Positions 1 to 8,217 of a stretch of 64,000 bases of DNA are shown here, in pieces. This DNA is from a virus (taxonomy: Duplodnaviria > Caudoviricetes), in IMG/VR virus record IMGVR_UViG_3300030102_008735, positions 17,422-81,421 of that record, one strand, 5' to 3'. The notes beneath the pieces are model-generated. The model had not been told where the DNA came from. It saw only the letters and a list, made by a program, of their open reading frames with translations, and made no database searches. Made by a program: the position numbers and the translations under genes. How positions within the stretch are numbered: position 1 is the stretch's first letter; each line of letters starts with the position of its first letter.

Positions 1-1
1 T

Positions 2-94
2 AATGATGAAAATAGGTATATGTGGACATGTGATGAATGTCAAAGCTCATTGAGTTATCCATCACCAAATGAAATTGAAGATTATTTAAAATAA
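2..94 (+). CDS. 3' end of a truncated small Zn-ribbon-like protein
   Basis: Open frame from the window edge: NDENRYMWTCDECQSSLSYPSPNEIEDYLK*; contains CxxC. Confidence 0.55.
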   Translation, partial: NDENRYMWTCDECQSSLSYPSPNEIEDYLK

Positions 95-101
95 AGGTTA
101 T

Positions 102-1034
102 ATGAAAAACTATTTAATTGGATCAAATAATTATGCACTACTTGCTTCTTATCTTTTAAGTGACATAACAATTATACCAACAAGTAAATTTGAAGCAAAC
201 AATGTAGAACCCGAATTCTTACCTAACACTCCGGAAATAATTAATATCGTAAATTCATTAGGACTAAAATATAAGGTAAAAATATTAAATGCATTTTTTG
301 ATGATAGAGGCAAAATATCAACAGTACCTTCAGATTCATTTAAAAATGTATATGCACTATCAACTAGGGGAAAACTTGCAGTTGAAAATAGTTACTTTGA
401 AAAATTTAAAGGTAGCATGGAATATGTTTCAATAAAAAATAAAGGACCATTTGAAAGTTTCTACTTACTATTTAAAGAGATTAAGAAAAATATTGTTCTT
501 AAGGATATGATAGATTCTGAGATAGATTCTATTAGTGTTAAAGATAGTAACATAATACTATCAGATGGAAATATACTTGAATATAAAAGACTAATATGGA
601 CTGGTGATATAAAAAATTTAGATAAAAAACTTAATTTATTTACAAAAAAAATATATGTATATGTATGTGAATACAATAACGAGGCTGATAAAAAAATGTC
701 AAACTTTTTTAGCTTTGGATATTCAACAGGTAAAACATACTTTAGAACTATTTATTTAAAAGACAAAATTGAATATCATTGTATGAAGAGAACATTTAAA
801 GATGAAATTGATGGCAATAAAATAGTAAACAGTTTTAATACGGAACAAATAATTGATAATTTAAGAAAAACAAACATGTATAATATAGATCTAATAAGTA
901 TGTACTCACAGTGGAATTTAGGTTATTCAATTAGTCAAGCATACCGTGATTGTAAAGAATTGTATGAATATTACAATTTAGATAAAAAAATAGGTGATAA
1001 TATTTTTAAATCCCAACAAAATTTGTTATATTAG
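102..1034 (+). CDS. Degenerate FAD-dependent oxidoreductase/mutase-like protein
   Basis: N-terminus YLIGSNNYALLASYLL resembles a decayed Rossmann motif; KRLIWTGDI resembles the UGM/amine-oxidase IYTGPID motif. Confidence 0.45.
   Translation: MKNYLIGSNNYALLASYLLSDITIIPTSKFEANNVEPEFLPNTPEIINIVNSLGLKYKVKILNAFFDDRGKISTVPSDSFKNVYALSTRGKLAVENSYFEKFKGSMEYVSIKNKGPFESFYLLFKEIKKNIVLKDMIDSEIDSISVKDSNIILSDGNILEYKRLIWTGDIKNLDKKLNLFTKKIYVYVCEYNNEADKKMSNFFSFGYSTGKTYFRTIYLKDKIEYHCMKRTFKDEIDGNKIVNSFNTEQIIDNLRKTNMYNIDLISMYSQWNLGYSISQAYRDCKELYEYYNLDKKIGDNIFKSQQNLLY
1003..1033 (+). promoter_or_regulatory. Conserved phage promoter, copy 1
   Basis: TTTTTAAATCCCAA-N6-TTGTTATATTA upstream of the 1061 ORF. Confidence 0.7.
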
Positions 1035-1060
1035 ATAAAATAAATAATAAAGGTTATATT

Positions 1061-1903
1061 ATGAATATTTACAAAAATCTTAATGAAGCATTCTGGCATG
1101 AACTCAATAGTATATCTATAATGGGTAAAAATGTAGAAAGCCGTGGTACAAAACAAAAAGAAATACTTTTTAGAAATTTTACCATAGAAGATCCAACAGA
1201 CTTAGATATAGTTTGGCCAAGTAGAAAATTTAATACAACATATACACTTGCTGAATTTCTTTGGTATCTGTCAAGAAATCCTAACTCAGTTAACATTGGA
1301 AAATTTGCAAGAATTTGGTTAAACATCAAAGATAACGAAGATAATGTAGAATCAAATTATGGCTGTTATGTATTTGGTAGTCAATGGGACTGGGCAGTAA
1401 AAGAATTGTTAGATGACAAGGATAGTCGACGTGCAACATTTGTAATTGGTCAACCATATCACAAAACAAAAAATCCTAATGATATACCATGTACACAATA
1501 TCTTCAATTTTTTATACGTGACAATAAACTTCATATGGGAACATACATGAGAAGTAATGACATTGTATTTGGTATGTCAAATGATATTTTTATATTTTGT
1601 TTGTTTCAACAATTAATGTTTAATGAATTAAAACAACATTACCCTGATTTACAAATAGGTACATACCATCACCATGCAGGAAGTTTACACTTATATGAAA
1701 TGCATTATGATATGGCTGCACAAATATTGGAAGGTGATAGGGCATCTGAGGATTATGAATTCTCAAGCAATATATTTACTCTTAAACCTAATATAACACT
1801 AGATTATATACAACAAAACAATCTGTATTTACCAGCCAAAGATATGACTAAAGAAGAAATTGGTGAATATGCAAAAACAACTGGTGAAAAATTATTTATA
1901 TGA
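1061..1903 (+). CDS. Thymidylate synthase-family dCMP hydroxymethylase-like enzyme (T4 gp42-like)
   Basis: ESNYG, DKDSRRA, catalytic PCT, MRSNDIVFGMSND (Asp at the E. coli TS N177 position, as in gp42 RSNDVVFGFRND), HHHAGSLHLY. Confidence 0.85.
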   Translation: MNIYKNLNEAFWHELNSISIMGKNVESRGTKQKEILFRNFTIEDPTDLDIVWPSRKFNTTYTLAEFLWYLSRNPNSVNIGKFARIWLNIKDNEDNVESNYGCYVFGSQWDWAVKELLDDKDSRRATFVIGQPYHKTKNPNDIPCTQYLQFFIRDNKLHMGTYMRSNDIVFGMSNDIFIFCLFQQLMFNELKQHYPDLQIGTYHHHAGSLHLYEMHYDMAAQILEGDRASEDYEFSSNIFTLKPNITLDYIQQNNLYLPAKDMTKEEIGEYAKTTGEKLFI

Positions 1904-2181
1904 AAAAGAAATCAATACTAAATAAGGCTGATGAAATAATTAATAATCGTTCAGAAGAAAAAGAAAGAATGTACGGTCCTTTTAGTGAAGGAATGGAAAG
2001 GGCTGCAAAAATAGCAAGTGGCATGACAGGTAAAGACTTTACTGCTGAAGATATGTATGCTGCATTGGTTGCACTAAAACTATCAAGACATTCATATAAT
2101 TATCGTGAAGATAATTTATTAGATTGTGTTGCATATTTAGGTGCATTAGATAATTACATAAAGGAGAATAAGAATGGCTAA
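1900..2181 (+). CDS. DUF6378-like nucleotide-modification-associated protein
   Basis: SILNKADEII..R..MYGP..MERAA..LKLSR..DNLLDCVAY pattern. Confidence 0.7.
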   Translation: MKKKSILNKADEIINNRSEEKERMYGPFSEGMERAAKIASGMTGKDFTAEDMYAALVALKLSRHSYNYREDNLLDCVAYLGALDNYIKENKNG

Positions 2182-2641
2182 TTTTGATAATGAATGTAAA
2201 GATTTAAATGTAAAGGATTCATATAGTGAATCAACAACTCATTTGCATGATATAATGAGTCACCAAAAGTATATGCAAGAATATACTTATAAGTTAGATT
2301 TTTCAGAAATGACTATTGCTGAAATTATGAAGTTTTGGCATGCAAACAATCATGCAATTATTGATGAAATACATGAAATGACAGATGCTCTAGGTGGAAT
2401 AAAGGATGGCTCAGGTAGTGCGGTTTGGAAGTACTGGAAACAGGATCATAAGAAATACGAGAGTATGAAAATATCAGATCTATCTGAAGGTGATAGAAAA
2501 GAGTTATATATGGAATTTGTTGATGTACTACATTTCCTAATGAACTATGCAGCATCAATAGGTTTGGATGCAAAAACAGTGTATAACTATTATTTTGCAA
2601 AGGCTGAGGAAAATAAGAAAAGACAACACCGAGGATATTAA
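2174..2641 (+). CDS. Dimeric (all-alpha) dCTPase/dUTPase, T4 gp56-like
   Basis: DEIHEMTDA, WKYWK, EFVDVLHF, C-terminal KAEENKKRQHRGY. Confidence 0.85.
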   Translation: MANFDNECKDLNVKDSYSESTTHLHDIMSHQKYMQEYTYKLDFSEMTIAEIMKFWHANNHAIIDEIHEMTDALGGIKDGSGSAVWKYWKQDHKKYESMKISDLSEGDRKELYMEFVDVLHFLMNYAASIGLDAKTVYNYYFAKAEENKKRQHRGY

Positions 2642-3057
2642 TGGACAAACAAAGTAGATACGACATGGCATATATGAAAATGGCTAAAGAATGGAGTCAA
2701 CTATCATTTGCAAATAGAATGAAGGTTGGTGCAATTATAGTCAAAGACCAGCAAATTATTAGTGATGGTTTCAATGGTATGCCAAGTGGTATGGATAATT
2801 GTTGTGAAGGTAATGACGGACAAACAAAAAAGGAAGTTTTACATGCAGAGGCAAATGCAATTCTTAAATGTGCAAAACATAGAGGAGGTTGTGCAGGTTC
2901 AACTTTATATATTACATTAAGTCCATGCCAAGATTGCGCAAAACTAATTCACCAAGCAGGAATTAAAAGAGTTGTTTACAGTGATATCTATAGACATGGA
3001 AATGGATTAGAATTCCTAAATAGTTGCGGAATAAAAACTGAAAAAATTAATCTATGA
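2641..3057 (+). CDS. dCMP deaminase
   Basis: KVGAIIV, GFNG, HAEANAI, PCQDC zinc-deaminase motifs. Confidence 0.93.
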   Translation: MDKQSRYDMAYMKMAKEWSQLSFANRMKVGAIIVKDQQIISDGFNGMPSGMDNCCEGNDGQTKKEVLHAEANAILKCAKHRGGCAGSTLYITLSPCQDCAKLIHQAGIKRVVYSDIYRHGNGLEFLNSCGIKTEKINL

Positions 3058-3108
3058 AAACACCTGCTTTGAACTTTTCAACTTGTATTTATATGAGAGA
3101 CAAAAAAT

Positions 3109-3384
3109 ATGGTATATGCAAATAAAAAAATAGATTGGAAAATAAATATGGTTACGGTCGGCAATTGTGATGAATGCAAAAGAGTACATCCATTAGTTTC
3201 AAAATTCTGTGCAAAAAATAACATTAAGTTAAACATAATTCCTAATGCGGAATATGATCCAAAGAAATGGAATTTTGTAAATCAAATATGGCCATTTTTT
3301 ATTTTGGAAAAAAATGGTGAAAGTGTTTTAAAAATTAATGGATATAGAGGTGAATTTAAAAAAATTGAAAGGATGATATTATGA
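3109..3384 (+). CDS. Glutaredoxin/thioredoxin-fold protein
   Basis: CDEC motif after the first strand; WP cis-Pro-like motif. Confidence 0.6.
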   Translation: MVYANKKIDWKINMVTVGNCDECKRVHPLVSKFCAKNNIKLNIIPNAEYDPKKWNFVNQIWPFFILEKNGESVLKINGYRGEFKKIERMIL

Positions 3385-4676
3385 AAATAGGAATAGGTAA
3401 AATGGGGAAATCAATGTTATTTTCTCAAAGTAAATGGGGATTGATTGGTGGCGATGCTGCACCATCAATACTTTACACATCACTGGCATCAATAAATCCA
3501 AACATTACATTTTACATTGTAGGACGTTCTGACTTTTCAAAATTAACCAATGATGAAAAATCAAGACTATTTCCAAACAATAATGTTATAGACTGTTGGT
3601 CAGAAGCTGATATGAAAAATGCACATAGCAAATTTCATGCACCACTTGAATATGTAAACCAACACAACATAAAATTGGATGCATTTGTTATGATGTCAGG
3701 AATGTGTAGTAGTGTTAATATGAATGATATGATTTGGAGTGTAAAGAATCCAGGAAAATATTCAAAGACATTATATCAATTCCATCACTATGCAGGTCCA
3801 ATAATTCACTTTCTAAACATGACGCAAGTTCCAATGTTTACAATTAGTGAAGATCCTAGACACATAAGACTTAATGCAAAAGATTTATTCAATAGGGAAA
3901 AATTTTGTTTAAGTCAAGAAAACTCAGTACAGAAAGTAAAGCATATAGTTAATTATGATGATCAATCAACTGTTGAGTATGATATACCTGTTAAGTATGG
4001 TCAAACTGAAAAGATATTTTTAATTGGTGAAACTAAAAGAAATACATTAGAACTAAAAAAGGATATTCCAATAACAATGTTTATGAATAGTCACACAATG
4101 AAATCAAAAGAAACCAGAAAACCATTCATAGATGAATACATACACAGTAACTTTCCAGATTCAAAGGTTTATGGTAAATGGCCAAAGGAACTACTAGAAA
4201 GTGATAATAGATATGAAGCTATTAGAATGGGAGATATCATGGATGAAGTATTAAGAACAAAATATACATTAGTGGTATCAATAAAGCCAGGGTTTGTAAC
4301 TTGTAAACCTTGGGAAATGATAAATTTTGGAATCATACCATTTTTACATCCAACATATGACACTAACAATCTACTAGGATTTCCAGAATGGCTGCATGTA
4401 AAAGATGCAAATGATTTTAAAAATAAGGTTGAATTTTTAGAAAACAATCCTGATAAGTATATGAAGTTACGTGAATTACTACAAGATATGTTAGAACCAG
4501 AATTTTATGACGGAACATATATGAACAATTTAATTATGAGTAATGTATGTAATATGATAGGTAAAGAATATGAAAATGCTAATCAAGGAACATCAGTAAA
4601 AATGTCATCATTTTCAGAAAAAGAAAGTGTACAGAAAAAATTAAAAAAAGATAAAAAACAAATGGAGTTATTTTAA
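3381..4676 (+). CDS. DNA glycosyltransferase, GT-B fold, T4 beta-glucosyltransferase-like
   Basis: C-terminal half FVTCKPWEMINFGIIPFLHPTYD..LHVKDANDFKNKVEFL aligns by eye with T4 BGT FITLRVWETMAS..DEEFD..YVNNRAELIDRVNEL; sits beside the gp42/gp56-like genes; ends QMELF. Confidence 0.7.
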   Translation: MKIGIGKMGKSMLFSQSKWGLIGGDAAPSILYTSLASINPNITFYIVGRSDFSKLTNDEKSRLFPNNNVIDCWSEADMKNAHSKFHAPLEYVNQHNIKLDAFVMMSGMCSSVNMNDMIWSVKNPGKYSKTLYQFHHYAGPIIHFLNMTQVPMFTISEDPRHIRLNAKDLFNREKFCLSQENSVQKVKHIVNYDDQSTVEYDIPVKYGQTEKIFLIGETKRNTLELKKDIPITMFMNSHTMKSKETRKPFIDEYIHSNFPDSKVYGKWPKELLESDNRYEAIRMGDIMDEVLRTKYTLVVSIKPGFVTCKPWEMINFGIIPFLHPTYDTNNLLGFPEWLHVKDANDFKNKVEFLENNPDKYMKLRELLQDMLEPEFYDGTYMNNLIMSNVCNMIGKEYENANQGTSVKMSSFSEKESVQKKLKKDKKQMELF

Positions 4677-5041
4677 TGAATGATACAAGACCTAAAACAA
4701 TATTTTGTGATATAGATGGAACATTGGTTGAACATATGAAACCTAGCGAAGCAACCACGCCTTTTTCACGAATGAAACCTTTACCAGGTGCAGTTGATAA
4801 ATTATTAGAATGGGAAAGAAAAGGGTACAATATTATACTTACAACTGGTAGAAGAAATTGTGCAAGAAAACAAACAGAAGAACAATTAGCAAATGCAGGT
4901 ATAGTTTATGATCAATTGATTATGGGATTTGGTGGTGGAAAGAGATATTTAATCAATGATAGAAAACCTAATGGTCAAGAAGACTATGCAGTTGCAATAA
5001 ACATAGAAAGAAATACAGGAATTGGAAATATAGAATTATGA
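4676..5041 (+). CDS. HAD-superfamily sugar phosphatase
   Basis: FCDIDGTL motif I, TTGR motif II, IND motif IV. Confidence 0.85.
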   Translation: MNDTRPKTIFCDIDGTLVEHMKPSEATTPFSRMKPLPGAVDKLLEWERKGYNIILTTGRRNCARKQTEEQLANAGIVYDQLIMGFGGGKRYLINDRKPNGQEDYAVAINIERNTGIGNIEL

Positions 5042-5589
5042 ATTACGCTGAATTAAAAACAACAGTGATGTCAGAAATAAATGATGTATTAACATCAGTA
5101 GATGAAAAATCATTAGACATAATGTGTGACATAATACAATCATCAAATAAAATAGTTGTAGCTGGTGCCGGTAGAATGGGGTATTCAATAAAATGCTTTG
5201 GTATGAGATTAGGTCATATGGGATATCAAGCTTGGACTTTAGGTGATTCAACTGTACCTCAAATAGGAAAAGGTGATTTACTAATAGTTGCATCAGGAAG
5301 TGGTGAAACTGAAACCATCTACAATATAGTTTTAAAAGCAAAACAGAATCGTGCAAAGGTGATATTAATAACAACTAAAAAGGAATCAAGAATGGCTTCT
5401 TCATCAGACCATTTAGTAATTATGAATGCCGTTTCTGCCTTTACAGGTGATAGAGGAACTATTCAGCCTATGAAAACATATGTAGAGCAGTCATTACTTA
5501 TCTTATTGGATATTATGGCACTAAAACTTATGCAAGAGTCTGGTGAGACAAATTTCACAATGTCAAAAAGGCATTCACTTTTAGAGTAG
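5038..5589 (+). CDS. SIS-domain sugar-phosphate isomerase (6-phospho-3-hexuloisomerase/HxlB-like)
   Basis: GAGRMG, FGMRLGHMG, GDLLIVASGSGET, QPM..EQ, C-terminal RHSLLE. Confidence 0.88.
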   Translation: MNYAELKTTVMSEINDVLTSVDEKSLDIMCDIIQSSNKIVVAGAGRMGYSIKCFGMRLGHMGYQAWTLGDSTVPQIGKGDLLIVASGSGETETIYNIVLKAKQNRAKVILITTKKESRMASSSDHLVIMNAVSAFTGDRGTIQPMKTYVEQSLLILLDIMALKLMQESGETNFTMSKRHSLLE

Positions 5590-5594
5590 AAAAT

Positions 5595-6293
5595 ATGAAA
5601 AACAAATTTATGATAGGTGCATCTTTAATATGTGGAAATCAAGCAGATTTAAAAGGTGACGTTGAATTACTAAAAAAATCAGGTCAAGTTGACTTTTTAC
5701 ATGTTGATACTATGGATGGATTGTTTGTACCTAGATATGGAATGTATCCTGAACAAGTAAAACACATTAAAGAAATATGCGACATACCTGTAAATGTACA
5801 TATGATGGTATCAAATCCTGAACCATTCATTGACTGGTTTGCAGAATCAGGTGCTGATATAATTACAATTCATGTAGAACCTAATCAGCAATTAGGAAGA
5901 ACTATTGCAATGATAAAAAAGGCAGGATGTAAAGTTGGACTTGCATTTAATATACATTCACAATATCATATCATTGAAAGTTTTATAGATGATATAAGTT
6001 TAGTTATGTTAATGGCAATAAATCCGGGAATCCTAGGACAAGGTTGTTGGCCAGGAATCTACAATAAGATTGATAGATTTAGAAAGTATTTGGACAACAA
6101 CGGAAGAAGAGATGTTATAATTGAGATAGATGGAGGTGTAACACCAGAAACAGCTCCTAAATTAATAAAGGCAGGTGCAAATATGTTAACTTGTGGAACT
6201 GGAACAATATATAGACCTAAAGAGGCACCATTAGATATTAAGATTGGTCAATTTAAAAATAAAGTAAATAGGGAATTAGAATATGCAGTATAA
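5595..6293 (+). CDS. rpe: Ribulose-phosphate 3-epimerase family (Rpe/AlsE)
   Basis: LHVDTMDGLFVP, NVHMMV, MAINPG..GQ, IEIDGGV. Confidence 0.9.
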   Translation: MKNKFMIGASLICGNQADLKGDVELLKKSGQVDFLHVDTMDGLFVPRYGMYPEQVKHIKEICDIPVNVHMMVSNPEPFIDWFAESGADIITIHVEPNQQLGRTIAMIKKAGCKVGLAFNIHSQYHIIESFIDDISLVMLMAINPGILGQGCWPGIYNKIDRFRKYLDNNGRRDVIIEIDGGVTPETAPKLIKAGANMLTCGTGTIYRPKEAPLDIKIGQFKNKVNRELEYAV

Positions 6294-7911
6294 AGTATTA
6301 TTAACAACTTCAGGTATAGGTAGTAGATTAGGTGAAATAACCGACTATACAAATAAAGGATTAGTCAAGGTTGGTAAAAAACCAGCAATATCTTACATTA
6401 TTGAATCATATCCAAAAACAATGGAATTTGTTGTAACCATAGGATACTTTGCAGACCATGTAAGACAATTTCTAAACATTGCATATCCTGATAGAAAATT
6501 TACGTTTGTGGAAATTGATAACTATTCAGGTGAAGGAAGTAGTTTAGGATATTCTCAATTATGTGCAAAGGAACATTTACAATGCCCATTTATATATAAT
6601 GCATGCGATACTATAGTACTTGATACAATACCCGAACCTGATAGAGATTGGGTAGGTGGATTTAAACAAAAAGGATCCAGCCAATATGACAGCTATTGTG
6701 TTACAAATGGTGATGTTAAAGAGTTTTATACTAAAGGAAATATAGATTCTGATTATGTATATATTGGACTAATAGGTGTTAATGATTATGAAAACTATTG
6801 GGAAACAATGGAAAAACTATATAATGAAGATCATAATATGAGATCATTATCAGATCTATATTGTGTAAAGAATCAACTAAAAGAAGGCAAAAAAATATAT
6901 CACAAACAATTTATGACATGGTATGACATAGGAAATGTTGAGTCTTTAAATAAAGCAAGGACTGATATTCCAGACTCATTTAATATTTTAGATAAGTTAG
7001 AAGAATCTATTTATTTATTTGATGACCATGTTATTAAGTTTTTTGCAAATGAAAAAATGTCAACACAAAGAGTTGATAGAGCATCTATCCTTGATGGTAT
7101 GGTACCAAAGATTGTTGCTAAATCCCCAAACTTTTATAGATATGAATATGCCGAAGGTGATTTATATTCAAAGGTTGCAAATCCAATTACATTTGTTAAA
7201 CTATTAGATTGGGCAAAGGAAAATTTATGGAAAGAAAATGATGTTGTTAGTGAAACAGATTTTAGAAAAGCATGTATAGATTTTTACTATGAAAAAACAA
7301 TATCAAGAATAAATAAGTTTTATGATTCAACTCGTAACCTTGATAAAGTAGAAACGATTAATGGTTTGCAAACACCAACAATAAATGAAATGCTTAAAGC
7401 CATAAATAGTGATTGGTTATGTAAGCCAAAACAAACAGGCTTTCATGGTGACTTTATATTAGACAATATAATTTTAGGAGAAGAAGGATTTACTTTACTT
7501 GATTGGAGACAAAATTTTGGAGGTCTTATTGAGTGTGGTGATATGTATTATGACTTGGCAAAACTTAATCACAACTTAGTAGTTAATCATGAAATAGTAA
7601 ACAATAATCAATTTAAAGTTACAAAATCAAAAGATAATATTATAGTTGATATACATAGACGTCAATCCCTAATTGAATGTCAACAGGTTTATCATAAATG
7701 GATTGTTGATAACGGATATGATTTAAGTAAAGTAAAAGTTTTAACATCTTTGATTTGGTTAAATATGTCCGCACTTCACCATCATCCATTTGATGAATTT
7801 TTATATTATTATGGAAAATACACATTATTAAAAACATTAGGAGAATTAGAAAATGAATACGTTCCAACCTACAAACTTCAGTCCTCTAACAAAGTCTCAA
7901 ACATACTTTAA
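6283..7911 (+). CDS. Sugar-1-phosphate nucleotidyltransferase fused to an APH/choline-kinase-like domain
   Basis: N-terminal TTSGIGSRL..NKGLV and WYDIGN; C-terminal HGDFILDN, LLDW, YYDLAKL. Confidence 0.85.
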   Translation: MQYKVLLTTSGIGSRLGEITDYTNKGLVKVGKKPAISYIIESYPKTMEFVVTIGYFADHVRQFLNIAYPDRKFTFVEIDNYSGEGSSLGYSQLCAKEHLQCPFIYNACDTIVLDTIPEPDRDWVGGFKQKGSSQYDSYCVTNGDVKEFYTKGNIDSDYVYIGLIGVNDYENYWETMEKLYNEDHNMRSLSDLYCVKNQLKEGKKIYHKQFMTWYDIGNVESLNKARTDIPDSFNILDKLEESIYLFDDHVIKFFANEKMSTQRVDRASILDGMVPKIVAKSPNFYRYEYAEGDLYSKVANPITFVKLLDWAKENLWKENDVVSETDFRKACIDFYYEKTISRINKFYDSTRNLDKVETINGLQTPTINEMLKAINSDWLCKPKQTGFHGDFILDNIILGEEGFTLLDWRQNFGGLIECGDMYYDLAKLNHNLVVNHEIVNNNQFKVTKSKDNIIVDIHRRQSLIECQQVYHKWIVDNGYDLSKVKVLTSLIWLNMSALHHHPFDEFLYYYGKYTLLKTLGELENEYVPTYKLQSSNKVSNIL

Positions 7912-8215
7912 GACTTGGGGTGAGAATAAGTCTGAATTATTAAAAGATCTATTCACAGACGATATATTATTACAAGACTGGGATAATAAAGCAACTGGTA
8001 TAGATGAAGTATTAGAGGCAAATGCAGCAATATTTGCCGGTGTAACAGATATTAAAGCAGTTCCTTTAATGATAAGAGTTGTTGATAACATAGCCTATTG
8101 TGAACTAGAAGTATTAGTAAAGGCAGAAGGTACTATAAGTAAAATTTTAGTATTGGATATAATAACTTTTGACGAGGAAGGAAAAATTAAATCAATAAGA
8201 GCATATAAAGGGTAA
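7853..8215 (+). CDS. SnoaL/NTF2-like protein
   Basis: YFKTW..LFTDDILLQDW..DIITFDEEGKIKSIRAY pattern. Confidence 0.75.
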   Translation: MNTFQPTNFSPLTKSQTYFKTWGENKSELLKDLFTDDILLQDWDNKATGIDEVLEANAAIFAGVTDIKAVPLMIRVVDNIAYCELEVLVKAEGTISKILVLDIITFDEEGKIKSIRAYKG

Positions 8216-8217
8216 AC

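Noticed and set aside
5038-6293. RuMP formaldehyde-fixation or pentose-phosphate auxiliary metabolic genes
   Set aside because: No hexulose-phosphate synthase, transaldolase or transketolase nearby; the position between a DNA GT, a HAD and an NTase-kinase favours NDP-sugar synthesis (not fully excluded)
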